Origin: Terriglobia bacterium
GTDB lineage: Bacteria; Acidobacteriota; Terriglobia; JAJPHL01; JAPKYU01
DNA: 64,000 nucleotides
Direction of reading: 5' to 3'
Assembly: GCA_965223005.1 (NCBI GenBank)
Contig: CBDCVK010000002.1
Location: 416,001 to 480,000 of the forward strand
Both the position numbers and the translations under genes were made by a program. Numbering within the stretch: the stretch's first letter is position 1; each line of letters begins with the position of its first letter. Under the pieces are notes generated by a model, which was not told the DNA's origin, did no database searches, and saw nothing but the letters and a program-made list of their open reading frames with translations. Below are positions 38,002 to 47,566 of this stretch, in pieces.

Positions 38002-38283
38002 GGCCTCTAGAGGACCTGTGCGAAATTGAACATTCATGAGATGGGTTCAAGAGACTGGCGCTGAACTCCCAGCTTTGCGACCTAGGCATACCATGGGATT
38101 CGGCTCCATTACCGTCACATCGTGAAATTGACCCGGGGGCCATGATTTGCTTATAAGGTTTGCTTATTCTGGCCCGGCTGGGAGTTCGTTCTGACTGAAT
38201 TTCCCCCAACCACGCCTGCCGACCGTCCGGCCGCTCCTGCACCTCGCCGCAATCCGGGCCGCAGTCCGGGCCGCCGTCCGGGA

Positions 38284-39096
38284 ATGCTGTGGCTGATGCT
38301 ATTTGCGGCCGCCCTGGTGCTAGTGCCGTTTCTGTTCTGGCATGGCACCTGGTTTGGCCGAAGCCTCACCGACGCGCAGATTGGCGAGTACTTGGACAAT
38401 CCGGAGAAGCCGCGGCGCATCCAGCACGCGCTGTCGCAAATCGCCGACCGTATCGTCGTCGGCGACCCTTCAATGGCGCAGTGGTATCCGCGCGTGGTGG
38501 CGCTGGCGTCCAGCCCTGTGGCGGAGATCCGGGTGACCGCCGGCTGGGTGATGGGCCAGGACAACCGGTCCCAGCAATTCCATCAGGCGCTGGTACAGTT
38601 GATGCAGGATCCGGAGCCGATGGTTCGGCGTAACGCGGCACTGTCTCTGGTGCGCTTCGGCGACGGGCGCGGCAAGCCGGTCCTGGTCCAGATGCTGCAG
38701 CCCCTCACCATCACGGCCCCGCGCGCCGGAGTCCTGTCTCTGCGCCAAAAAGAGCAGGATGCAGTGGATGTGGGCTCGCTGCTAGCGCGCGTTTCAGGAG
38801 ACGCTGGCGAGCCGGTCGACGTGCGCTCGCCTGTGGCCGGCCAGATCAGACGCCGCCTGCAGGAGGATGGTGCGCGGGTGGCTGCGGGTGAGCCGGTCTT
38901 TGAGCTGGAGTCTTCGGCCGAGCAGGTTTGGGAGGCGCTGCGGGCGCTCTACCTGGTTGGCGGTCCCGAAGACCTGCCGGATGTAGAGCGCTTTTCGCTG
39001 CCCCGGACTGACATGCCGGAGAGGGTGCGGCAGCAGGCCCGCATTACGGCACAGGCCATTCGCCGCCGGGCCCGCTCCGGGCCATCAGCCCGCTAG
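38284..39096 (+). CDS. Membrane-anchored HEAT-repeat protein with inserted biotinyl/lipoyl-like domain
   Basis: N-terminal TM, DPEPMVRRNAALSL HEAT repeats, ITAPRAG..VRSPVAGQI..GEPVFEL; frame is open back to CTG 38191. Confidence 0.8.
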   Translation: MLWLMLFAAALVLVPFLFWHGTWFGRSLTDAQIGEYLDNPEKPRRIQHALSQIADRIVVGDPSMAQWYPRVVALASSPVAEIRVTAGWVMGQDNRSQQFHQALVQLMQDPEPMVRRNAALSLVRFGDGRGKPVLVQMLQPLTITAPRAGVLSLRQKEQDAVDVGSLLARVSGDAGEPVDVRSPVAGQIRRRLQEDGARVAAGEPVFELESSAEQVWEALRALYLVGGPEDLPDVERFSLPRTDMPERVRQQARITAQAIRRRARSGPSAR

Positions 39097-39446
39097 ATTT
39101 TCATCTTAATGCCGTTTGCCGTTTCCCACTCAGCCAGGGGCACCATGTCAATGGCGTCCCAGGGACAGCCGTCCAGGAAGGTACCGTCGGGGCCCTTGCT
39201 GACACATTTTTTGCAGCCAATGCAGAGGAATGGGTCCACTTCGATGCGGCCAAAGGGCGGGTGGTCCTCGTCGGGAACCCAATACATGCAGTCTTCCACC
39301 GGGCAGTAGTCCACGCAGGCGGGCGAGCCGGCGCAGCCGGTGCAGAGCTCGTTGATAATGGCCAGCTCCCGCGGCATTTTCTTCCGCGGGGTGTTAATTC
39401 CCTGCGATTTGGGTTCCTGCTTGATGACCTCAGTCGTCTCCGCCAT
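39093..39446 (-). CDS. 2x[4Fe-4S] dicluster ferredoxin-like protein
   Basis: CTGCAGSPAC..CP and CIGCKKC...GCPWDAI. Confidence 0.9.
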   Translation of the reverse strand: MAETTEVIKQEPKSQGINTPRKKMPRELAIINELCTGCAGSPACVDYCPVEDCMYWVPDEDHPPFGRIEVDPFLCIGCKKCVSKGPDGTFLDGCPWDAIDMVPLAEWETANGIKMKI

Positions 39447-39559
39447 AGTCCGGTTCTTTGTCATGATAGCGTGCCGCCCTGCCGTTGTCTATCCGAAACT
39501 CGCCGCTCGGATCACGCCAGGATTCTTTCGCGGTGTGCCGGCCGGAGCCGCTGTTTTTC

Positions 39560-39597
39560 CCAATGCCATTTCTCATTGCCAATGACATTTCTCATTG
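39560..39597. repeat. Two tandem 19-bp palindromic repeats
   Basis: CCAATGCCATTTCTCATTG CCAATGACATTTCTCATTG. Confidence 0.85.
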
Positions 39598-39632
39598 AAT
39601 GAAACGTGCCAGCGGCTTACCCTTCTGGCAGT

Positions 39633-39699
39633 CGGTATCGTTTTGGAAAGGCGTATCGGTCCGAAGGGCGTATCGGTCCGAAAGGAATATCGGGCGGCC
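39633..39699 (+). repeat. 17-bp tandem repeats (2 near-perfect, 2 degenerate) before the SBBP gene
   Basis: GCGTATCGGTCCGAAGG GCGTATCGGTCCGAAAG plus flanking TATCG units. Confidence 0.8.
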
Positions 39700-42690
39700 A
39701 TGCGAAAATCCTCCTCGTATCAACGTATCGCACGCGGAGCTGAAGACTGCCCAATTGCCCTGCAAACGCTTGCTTTGTTCGTGTTGTCCGCATTGGCCCT
39801 GGGGCTATTACGATTTGGATCCGATCCTGCTCTCCGGCGAGAAACGGAGTGGGGCGCGATTGCCGCTGTCTCCTCAACGAAGCCCGGACAGGAGCAATCT
39901 ACGGCCTTCAATCGGCAGCCGGCAATTGAGGTGGCCTACGGCAACCTCCCGTTGAGTTTTGAACCAAACGAGGGCCAGACCAACAGCCAGGTGGAGTTCC
40001 TGTCCCGCGGCCGCGGCTACACACTGTTCTTGACGGCAACCGAGGCAGTGTTGTCTTTACGCAAGCACGCCGCACCGAAGGCCAATAGGGGTGAGGACAG
40101 CGAGGACACGAGTGGCGCCGTGCTGCGCATGAAATTGCTCGGGGCCAACCCCTCGCCACGGGTGACTGGGCTGGAGGAGCTACCGGGCAAGGGTCACTAC
40201 TTCATCGGCAATGACCCGGCCAAGTGGCGCACGAACGTTCCGACCTACGCCAAGGTGAAGTACGAGGACGTCTATCCCGGCGTGGATTTGGTTTACTACG
40301 GCAACCAGGGCCAACTGGAGTACGACCTGATTGTTGCTCCCGGGTCCGATCCTGGGGCCATCTGTCTCGCCTTCGGGGGCGAAGACGAACTGGAAATAGA
40401 TGTTCAAGGCGATCTGGTGCTTCATGCCGGCGGAAGTCAAATCCGTCTGCAGAAACCGCTGGTCTATCAGGAGACGGGTGAAATCCGGCAGGAGACGGAT
40501 GGGATCCGGCAAGAAATCTCCGCGGCCTATGTGCTCAACGCCAGGCGCCAGGTCGGCTTCGAGGTGGGCACGTATGATGCCGATAAGCCGCTCATCATTG
40601 ATCCGGTGCTGAGCTACTCGACCTATCTCGGCGGCACTGCCATTGACCGGGGCTTCGGCATCGCCGTGGATGGCGCCGGCAACGCTTATGTGACGGGCGG
40701 GAGCAGTTCGATCAACTTTCCCGTATTAAATCCCTTCCAGGCTCTTTTCCCTGGGGGCGCGGTAGACGCTTTTGTGACGAAGTTGAATGCCACAGGCTCG
40801 GCGCTCGTCTACTCCACCTACCTGGGCGGCGAAGGCGATGAACAAGGCTTCGACATCAAGGTGGACGACTCCGGCAACGCCTATGTGACAGGACAGACCG
40901 ATTCGACCGACTTCCCCACGGCCGGTCCCATCCAGGTGGTGAACCGCGGTTTAAGCGACGCCTTCGTGACGAAATTGAATGCCGCAGGCAATGAGCTGGT
41001 TTACTCCACCTACCTGGGTGGTAGTTCCTCCGATTTTGGCTTCGGCATCTCCTTAGACGACTCCGGCAACGCCTACGTGACAGGACAGACCGATTCGACC
41101 GACTTCCCCACGGCCCTTCCCATCCAGTCTGCGAACGGCGCTTTAGGCGATGCCTTTGTGGCGAAATTGAATGCCGCAGGCAACGTTCTCCGGTACTCCA
41201 CCTACCTGGGCGGCAATGGCAACGATTGTGGTTTCAGAATCGCCGTAGACGCCTCCGGCAACGCCTACGTGCACGGTGACACGACTTCGACAAACTTCCC
41301 CACGGCGAATCCATTCCAGTCCACAAGGCGCGGGGCCTCGGATGCCTTCGTAACGAAACTGAACGAGTCCGCCAATGCCCTCGTTTACTCCACCTACCTG
41401 GGGGGCAATGGCAACGAGCTTGGCTTCGGCATTGCCGTAGACGCCTCCGGCAACGCCTACGTCACGGGCGTTACGGATTCGAGTGATTTCCCCACGGCCA
41501 GTCCCATTCAGCCCGCTTTCGACGGCGGCCTAGCCGACGCGTTCGTTACGAAATTGAATGCCGCAGGCGGCGCTCTCCTCTATTCCACTTACCTGGGAGG
41601 CGTCGCGACCGACGCTGGCTTCGCCATCGCCCTAGACGCGTCCGGCAACGCCCATGTGACAGGACGGACCGATTCGGTCGACTTTCCCACAGTGAGTCCT
41701 GCCCAGGCAGCTTTCGGCGGTGGCCTCGAAGACGCCTTTGTGACAAAGTTGAATGTCACTGGCTCGGCAATGGTCTACTCCACCTACCTGGGCGGCGATG
41801 GCGATGACCAAGGCGGCGACATTGCCGTGGACGCCTCTGGAAACGCCTACGTCACGGGGAATACCGGTTCAACTGACTTCCCTACGGCGAACCCCTTTCA
41901 GCCCAGTAACGCCGGAAGCGAAAACGCTTTCATTGCCAAGCTTACGGAACTGCCCTCGGTGCCTCCAACCCTGCCGGCCAACTCCGTGGTCAACGGCGCC
42001 AGCTTCCGGGCGGCCACGGACCCCAATGGAGCCATCGCCCCGGGCGCAATTGTGGCCATCTTCGGAACGGACCTGGCGAGCGATATCCTGCTGGCGGGTG
42101 AAGTACCACTTCCCACGACGCTGGGGGATACCAGCGTGACTTTTGACGATGTAGCTGCCCCGCTGTTTTTCGTCTCCGGCACGCAGATCAATGCGCAGGT
42201 TCCCTTTGAGCTATCGCCGGGGGCAGGGACGGTCACGGTGCAGGTGAAGCGAGGCAGTGAGGCAAGCGCCGCGCAGCTGATCGCGCTCGCGGCCGTATCG
42301 CCGGGGATTTTTACGCTCAACCAGCAGGGCACCGGCCCTGGCGCGATCCTTCACGCGGAAAACTTCCAGCCGGTCAACGAAAGCGCCCCGGCCCGGCCGG
42401 GCGAGTTCCTGCTGGTCTTTTGCACGGGGCTTGGTCCGGTGCAGCCCGAAGTCCAGTCAGGCGAGGTTGCCCCGAATATTCCACCGCTGGCGGAGACGAT
42501 CAGTACACCGCTGGTGAACATTGCCGGCATAGCCGCCGCCGTGACCTTCTCCGGCCTTGCTCCGGGATTCGTAGGACTCTACCAGATGAACGTGCAGGTA
42601 CCTGCGGGCGTCCCTTCGGGTACGCAATCGGTTGAAGTCATCATCAACAACGTCCCGGGCAGCGCCGAGGTCACCATCGCTGTCGAGTAG
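39700..42690 (+). CDS. Cell-surface SBBP beta-propeller repeat protein with Solibacter-type (TIGR03437-like) C-terminal domain
   Basis: LPLSFEPNEGQ N-domain, seven YSTYLGG..IAVD.SGNAYVTG.T.S.DFP repeats, VVNGASF..QINAQVP..PGFVGLYQMNVQVP. Confidence 0.92.
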   Translation: MRKSSSYQRIARGAEDCPIALQTLALFVLSALALGLLRFGSDPALRRETEWGAIAAVSSTKPGQEQSTAFNRQPAIEVAYGNLPLSFEPNEGQTNSQVEFLSRGRGYTLFLTATEAVLSLRKHAAPKANRGEDSEDTSGAVLRMKLLGANPSPRVTGLEELPGKGHYFIGNDPAKWRTNVPTYAKVKYEDVYPGVDLVYYGNQGQLEYDLIVAPGSDPGAICLAFGGEDELEIDVQGDLVLHAGGSQIRLQKPLVYQETGEIRQETDGIRQEISAAYVLNARRQVGFEVGTYDADKPLIIDPVLSYSTYLGGTAIDRGFGIAVDGAGNAYVTGGSSSINFPVLNPFQALFPGGAVDAFVTKLNATGSALVYSTYLGGEGDEQGFDIKVDDSGNAYVTGQTDSTDFPTAGPIQVVNRGLSDAFVTKLNAAGNELVYSTYLGGSSSDFGFGISLDDSGNAYVTGQTDSTDFPTALPIQSANGALGDAFVAKLNAAGNVLRYSTYLGGNGNDCGFRIAVDASGNAYVHGDTTSTNFPTANPFQSTRRGASDAFVTKLNESANALVYSTYLGGNGNELGFGIAVDASGNAYVTGVTDSSDFPTASPIQPAFDGGLADAFVTKLNAAGGALLYSTYLGGVATDAGFAIALDASGNAHVTGRTDSVDFPTVSPAQAAFGGGLEDAFVTKLNVTGSAMVYSTYLGGDGDDQGGDIAVDASGNAYVTGNTGSTDFPTANPFQPSNAGSENAFIAKLTELPSVPPTLPANSVVNGASFRAATDPNGAIAPGAIVAIFGTDLASDILLAGEVPLPTTLGDTSVTFDDVAAPLFFVSGTQINAQVPFELSPGAGTVTVQVKRGSEASAAQLIALAAVSPGIFTLNQQGTGPGAILHAENFQPVNESAPARPGEFLLVFCTGLGPVQPEVQSGEVAPNIPPLAETISTPLVNIAGIAAAVTFSGLAPGFVGLYQMNVQVPAGVPSGTQSVEVIINNVPGSAEVTIAVE

Positions 42691-42708
42691 TCAGCAAGCA
42701 GAAGGCAG

Positions 42709-43647
42709 CTACAACGGTTGCCAGCCGGAGCCCTGGTGGTCGAAATGGAAGCCCGCTGGGTGCAGCACCTCTGCCAAAATCTCCAGGGATTCGGCCAAGC
42801 GCGGGCTGGGGCGGTTGAAATACTGGTTGCCGTCAGTCAGGTAGACGCGCCGGTTACGCACCGCCTGCAACTGTCCCCAACCCGGCTTCCCGGTCAGCGC
42901 GGGCATTTCGTGGCGTGACCGCTGGATGTCAAAGCCGCAGGGCAGAACGACAATTACCTCGGGGTCGGCTTCCCGCAACTGCTCCCAGCTCATCCAGGGG
43001 GAATGCTTACCGGCCTCGCCGAACAGGTTCACACCGCCGGCCATCTGGACCAACTCGGGCATCCAGTCGCCGGCGGCCATCAGTGGCTCGATCCACTCGA
43101 TGCAGGCAACCGTAGGTCGTGCGGCTAGCGTGCGTGCTTTCTCGGCGATCGCAGCCATCCGCTGCTGAAGTCGGTCGGCCAACTCTGCCCCGCTCGCCGG
43201 CGCACCCAGCGCCTCCGCCACGCGCTGCACGTCGGCCCACAGGTCGGTCAGCGCGTTCGGCTCCAGTGAGACCAACCGTGGGAGCGGGCCCTGCTGCGGG
43301 CCGGAATCCAGCCACTCGCACATCGCCTGTTCCACGTCCCGCAGGCTAACGGCGCAGACTTCGCACTGGGTTTGGGTGATGATCAGGTCGGGCTGAAGCT
43401 GCTTCAGCAGGTCGGCATCCACCCGATACGCCGACAATCCATCTTGCAAGATGCGTTTTACCTGCTGGTCAATTGCCTGGCTGGAAGCCTGAGGGTTGAG
43501 CTTCGGTGCGGTGCAGACTGGCAGCTGCTCGACTGAGGGGGGGAAGTCGCACTCGTGTGAGCGCCCCACCAGTCGGTGCTGGAAGCCAAGCGCACAAACA
43601 ATTTCTGTGCTACTAGCAATCAGAGAGACGACGCGTTGTGTGGACAT
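42709..43647 (-). CDS. BtuF/TroA-like (cobalamin-binding-protein family) protein without signal peptide
   Basis: RVVSLIASSTEIVCALG, GRSHECDFP, PDLIITQ, YFNRPSPRL. Confidence 0.85.
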   Translation of the reverse strand: MSTQRVVSLIASSTEIVCALGFQHRLVGRSHECDFPPSVEQLPVCTAPKLNPQASSQAIDQQVKRILQDGLSAYRVDADLLKQLQPDLIITQTQCEVCAVSLRDVEQAMCEWLDSGPQQGPLPRLVSLEPNALTDLWADVQRVAEALGAPASGAELADRLQQRMAAIAEKARTLAARPTVACIEWIEPLMAAGDWMPELVQMAGGVNLFGEAGKHSPWMSWEQLREADPEVIVVLPCGFDIQRSRHEMPALTGKPGWGQLQAVRNRRVYLTDGNQYFNRPSPRLAESLEILAEVLHPAGFHFDHQGSGWQPL

Positions 43648-43780
43648 AATGGCGCGAGCGCCGAAAGCAGCTCGTCGTGAAGAAGAATAGCAAGCACAGC
43701 GGGCAATGCAAGCGGCGCATCGCCCTCCGGTCCTTCTTACCGGCGGACAGCAATTCTGCCCATCGTGCTAGAATGAGGGT

Positions 43781-44620
43781 GTGGAGTCATCCCTCAACGT
43801 CACTCTGCAAACCTACGAAGGGCCTCTCGACCTGCTGTTGGACCTGATCCGAAAGCAGGAGCTGGACATCTACGACATCCCGATCGCCCAGATCACCGCC
43901 CAATATCTGGACTACATCCACCGACTGCAGGAGCTGGACATTGACGTGGCCGGTGAGTTCATCTACATGGCGGCCACGCTCATCCACATCAAATCCAGAA
44001 TGCTGTTGCCGCCCGACCCGACCCTGCCGCCCGAGCAGCAGGAGGACCCGCGCCAGGAGCTGGTGGACCAGCTACTGGAACATGAGAAGTTCAAGCAAGC
44101 GGCGCAGATGCTGCAAGAAAAGCAGATGTTGGAGGCGGCAACTTGGTCCAACCCGGCGCTAAAGGCGTTCGCTGACGATTCCGAAGAGCCGGGCTTGGCG
44201 GTAAACCTGTTCGATCTGGTGAAGACCTTCCAGCAGGTGTTGGAGCGGGCGCGCACCCGACCCCAGCTGGACATCGAACCAGAGGAAGTTAGCCTTGCCC
44301 AGATGATCCAATGGCTGCGCGACCGCCTGGCTCAAGCCCGCGGTTCGCTGGCGCTGGGCGAGTTGTTTGACCTGTTCCCTGCGCGCCGTGCACTGATTAC
44401 TTTGTTCCTAGCCATCCTGGAGATGGTGCGCCTTCAGGCCATTGTCCTGCGCCAGAAAGAAGCCTTTGGCGAGATTCTCCTACGCCGCCACCGCGGCTTC
44501 GCTCGCCTCTATTCGGCCGAGCCGGTGGAACAGCTGCTGGGGAAGCCGGTTCTGGAGGGAGAGGATTTGCCCCAGGGTAGCTCCCCCTCGCACGCACAGG
44601 CGGCCAAACCGCAAGACTAG
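43781..44620 (+). CDS. scpA: Segregation and condensation protein A
   Basis: YEGPLDLLLDLI, AATLIHIKSRMLLP, LFLAILEM. Confidence 0.96.
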   Translation: MESSLNVTLQTYEGPLDLLLDLIRKQELDIYDIPIAQITAQYLDYIHRLQELDIDVAGEFIYMAATLIHIKSRMLLPPDPTLPPEQQEDPRQELVDQLLEHEKFKQAAQMLQEKQMLEAATWSNPALKAFADDSEEPGLAVNLFDLVKTFQQVLERARTRPQLDIEPEEVSLAQMIQWLRDRLAQARGSLALGELFDLFPARRALITLFLAILEMVRLQAIVLRQKEAFGEILLRRHRGFARLYSAEPVEQLLGKPVLEGEDLPQGSSPSHAQAAKPQD

Positions 44621-44623
44621 CGT

Positions 44624-45181
44624 ATGGATTGGAAGCCTGTGATTGAAGCGATCATTTACGCGGCCGAGGAGCCGGTTACGGTGGAGCAGATCACCGCTGC
44701 CCTGAGCCAGGGAGCGATTGAGGATTTCCCAGGGAAAGAGGAAATCCGCCCCGCGATTGAGGAGCTGATTGCCGAATACCGGAGCGACGGGCGTGGGATC
44801 GAGATCAAACAGGTGGCGGGTGGCTACAAAATGGCCACCAAACCGGAACACCACGAAGCGGTGCGGCAGTTCGTCAAGGCACTGAAGCTGCCGATGCGGC
44901 TGTCGCTGGCAGCTCTGGAGACGCTGGCGGTCGTCGCCTACCGCCAGCCGGTGACGCTGCCCGAAATCCAGGAGGTGCGCGGGGTCAACGCCTCGGCCGT
45001 CGTCAAGACCTTGCTGGAGAAAAAGTTGGTTACCACGGCGGGGCGCAAGGACGTGATCGGTCGGCCGATTCTGTATCGCACGACACGCGATTTCCTGTTC
45101 CAATTTGGGCTCAAGGACCTGAGCGAACTGCCAAGCCTAAAGGAGTTTGAGGAGCTGAACCGAGCCGCCATAGCCGGATAA
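44624..45181 (+). CDS. scpB: Segregation and condensation protein B
   Basis: LSLAALETLAVVAYRQPVT, RGVN, GRPILYRTT..FL..FGL..L.ELP. Confidence 0.96.
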   Translation: MDWKPVIEAIIYAAEEPVTVEQITAALSQGAIEDFPGKEEIRPAIEELIAEYRSDGRGIEIKQVAGGYKMATKPEHHEAVRQFVKALKLPMRLSLAALETLAVVAYRQPVTLPEIQEVRGVNASAVVKTLLEKKLVTTAGRKDVIGRPILYRTTRDFLFQFGLKDLSELPSLKEFEELNRAAIAG

Positions 45182-45275
45182 GGAAGCTCCCGCTGTCGCG
45201 CCTCGGCTTTCGGAGCATGGCGCCTTCCAGGGACACGTGGTCGGTGGTGTCTAGCACTTGTTGATTAAGGTGTTA

Positions 45276-46055
45276 ATGCAGGAGCGACTGCAAAAAGTTC
45301 TCTCCCGCGCCGGCATCACCAGCCGGCGCAAGGCGGAGCAGTACATCCTCGAAGGACGCGTCACCGTCAACGGGGCGGTGATCCGCGAGCTGGGTTCCAA
45401 GGCCGATATCGGGCGCGATCATGTGAAGGTGGACGGGCGCCTGGTGCGCTTGCCCCGGCGGCAGTTCTACTTGATGCTGAACAAGCCCCGCGGCTACGTC
45501 ACCACCATGTTCGATCCCCAGGGTCGGCGGAAAGTGACCGACCTGCTGCGAGGTATTCCAACACGTGTCTACCCGGTCGGGCGCCTGGATTACCACTCCG
45601 AGGGCCTGCTGCTGTTCACCAACGACGGCGAGTTCGCCAATCTGATTATGTCCGCCAGCGCTCACGTGCCCAAGACCTATTGGGTCAAGGTCGACGGGCG
45701 GCTGGCGCCGGCTGAACTGGAGAAACTGCGCCGGGGCGGGTGGCTAGGCGGCCGGTTGACGGCGCCGGCCAAGATTCGTTCGCTGCGCGATACCTCCAAC
45801 CCTTGGTATGAAGTTGAGCTGATCGAAGGCCGTCAGAACCAGATCCGTCGCATGTTCGGCAGCGTTGGCCACCTGGTGGAAAAGCTGAAGCGCGTCCAAA
45901 TCGGTTTCCTGAAGCTGGACGACTTGCCGATGGGGGAATACCGGAGTCTGACGCCGCGGGAAGTGGAACGCTTTCGGCGCATTCTGCCCGGGAAGGCAGC
46001 GGCGCGGGGACGGGCCCACCAAGAAGGTAGCCGGGCGAGCAGCGCCGCCGTCTAA
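45276..46055 (+). CDS. rluB: 23S rRNA pseudouridine synthase (RluB/RsuA family)
   Basis: S4 domain ERLQK..SRRKAE, GRLD catalytic motif, EGRQNQIRRM; follows scpAB. Confidence 0.9.
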   Translation: MQERLQKVLSRAGITSRRKAEQYILEGRVTVNGAVIRELGSKADIGRDHVKVDGRLVRLPRRQFYLMLNKPRGYVTTMFDPQGRRKVTDLLRGIPTRVYPVGRLDYHSEGLLLFTNDGEFANLIMSASAHVPKTYWVKVDGRLAPAELEKLRRGGWLGGRLTAPAKIRSLRDTSNPWYEVELIEGRQNQIRRMFGSVGHLVEKLKRVQIGFLKLDDLPMGEYRSLTPREVERFRRILPGKAAARGRAHQEGSRASSAAV

Positions 46056-46126
46056 GGGCCGGAAGGCCTCACCACCGAGGGCAGTTTACTGCTGCGAGGG
46101 TGAGGCCATGTTCGCCTAGGAAAAGC

Positions 46127-46534
46127 ATGCGCAACCTGGACCTGGAGATTGACGAAATCCTCAGCAGCTGTCGCACGATCGCCGTGATCGGGCTCTCCGG
46201 CAAACCTCACAGGCCCAGCTTCGGTGTGTCGGAATACATGCAGCGCGCCGGGTACCGCATTATTCCCGTCAACCCACACGAAACCCAAGTGCTGGGAGAG
46301 AAAAGCTATGCCCGCCTGGAAGATGTGCCGGAAAAGGTGGACCTGGTGAACATCTTCCGTCGCTCAGAGCACGCGGGGTCCATCGTGGATTCTGCTATCC
46401 GCATCGGCGCCCGCGCCGTTTGGATGCAGGAGGGCGTCGAAGATCCGGAAGCCGCCGAGCGAGCCCGCCGCGCTGGCTTGCTGGTGGTGATGGACCACTG
46501 CACGCTCAAGGAGCACCGCAAGCGCCAGCGCTGA
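46127..46534 (+). CDS. CoA-binding domain protein (YccU-like)
   Basis: IAVIGLS..RPS, IIPVNP, VNIFRRS, VWMQEG, VMDHC. Confidence 0.92.
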   Translation: MRNLDLEIDEILSSCRTIAVIGLSGKPHRPSFGVSEYMQRAGYRIIPVNPHETQVLGEKSYARLEDVPEKVDLVNIFRRSEHAGSIVDSAIRIGARAVWMQEGVEDPEAAERARRAGLLVVMDHCTLKEHRKRQR

Positions 46535-46575
46535 ACAACCCCCTCTACGCGGTCCTCCCTGAAAGGTGTAGGAGT

Positions 46576-47376
46576 TCAGGCAGACACCGGCCCGCCCTTG
46601 CTGCCCTTCATTTTCTGAAACGCGGTCTGAAACGTGGCGACGATCCGGTTCATTCCCTGCAACACGACGGCGCCATCTGAGCCGAGACCCACAAACGAAA
46701 AACCGCTGTCAACGGTTTCCTGGACTTCCTCCTCCCGCGCCAGCAAAATCCCTGCCGCCTTGCCTGCCCGGCGGCAGGCCTCGACCACTCTTGCCTTGGC
46801 CGCGCGCATGTCAGGATGGGCGAGCTGGCGCGGGACGCCCAGGCTGACGCTCAGGTCCAGTGGACCGACGAATAGCACGTCCACGCCGTCGACCGCTGCG
46901 ATCTCCTCGACCGACTCCAGTGCCTGGCGAGTTTCGATCTGGGCTGCAAGCAGCAACTGGTCGTTGGCGGAGCGAAAGTAGGCGTCAAAGTCGGCACCAA
47001 ATGCGGACGCCCGGTTCGAGGAGGCCACGCCCCGCGTCCCCTGCGGCGGGAAGCGCCTGGCGGCGACTGCGCGCCGGGCTTCCTCGGCGGAATTCACCCA
47101 CGGCACCATCACGCCGGAAGCTCCCAGGTCGAGCACTCGCTTGAACCACACCAGGTCATTCCACGGCACGCGCACCAGCGGTACGGTCGTGGTGCCTTCC
47201 AGGGCCTGCAATTGAAATAGCAGATTCTGGCGGTCGCCGGCACCATGCTCGAGGTCAATCACGACCCAATCCAGCCCAGCTCGCCCGGCGATTTCCGCCG
47301 TCAGGCTGGAACCCAGATTGAGGAAGGTGCCAGCCAGCAACTCTCCACGCAACGCTCTTTCACGTATCCATTTCAC
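46576..47376 (-). CDS. HpcH/HpaI class II aldolase (GarL/RhmA family)
   Basis: IDLEHG, LVRVP, RFPPQGTRG, QIET, LFVGPLDLS; GTG start after GGAGG. Confidence 0.92.
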   Translation of the reverse strand: MKWIRERALRGELLAGTFLNLGSSLTAEIAGRAGLDWVVIDLEHGAGDRQNLLFQLQALEGTTTVPLVRVPWNDLVWFKRVLDLGASGVMVPWVNSAEEARRAVAARRFPPQGTRGVASSNRASAFGADFDAYFRSANDQLLLAAQIETRQALESVEEIAAVDGVDVLFVGPLDLSVSLGVPRQLAHPDMRAAKARVVEACRRAGKAAGILLAREEEVQETVDSGFSFVGLGSDGAVVLQGMNRIVATFQTAFQKMKGSKGGPVSA

Positions 47377-47566
47377 AGCGCCCTCCAGACGATTCGCGCT
47401 GGTCAACATGCCCGATCGGTGCCGTCTTGTCAACCCAGGGTTTTAACGACTCCGACGCAATGGGCCTTTGGTTTGTCAGATCGTGGGTGGAAGAAAGCAT
47501 CCACGGATTGGAGCCGGTGGCTGGTCCTACGTTCCAGATTTCTAAACGCGCTGTAGTGTCGGGAAT

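Noticed and set aside
38026-38052. 6S RNA call from TTGAAC..GGGTTCAAG
   Set aside because: The motif lies outside the long hairpin rather than in a central bubble; geometry does not match 6S
39093-39446. Ferredoxin as the missing NuoI
   Set aside because: Lacks the NuoI N-terminal YP..R.RG region and has different Cys spacing
39560-39699. Short tandem repeats as a mini-CRISPR
   Set aside because: No unique spacers, units too short, no cas genes
40610-41945. Seven repeats of about 185 bp that could look like an array
   Set aside because: They are in-frame SBBP beta-propeller blades with synonymous variation, not CRISPR repeats or spacers
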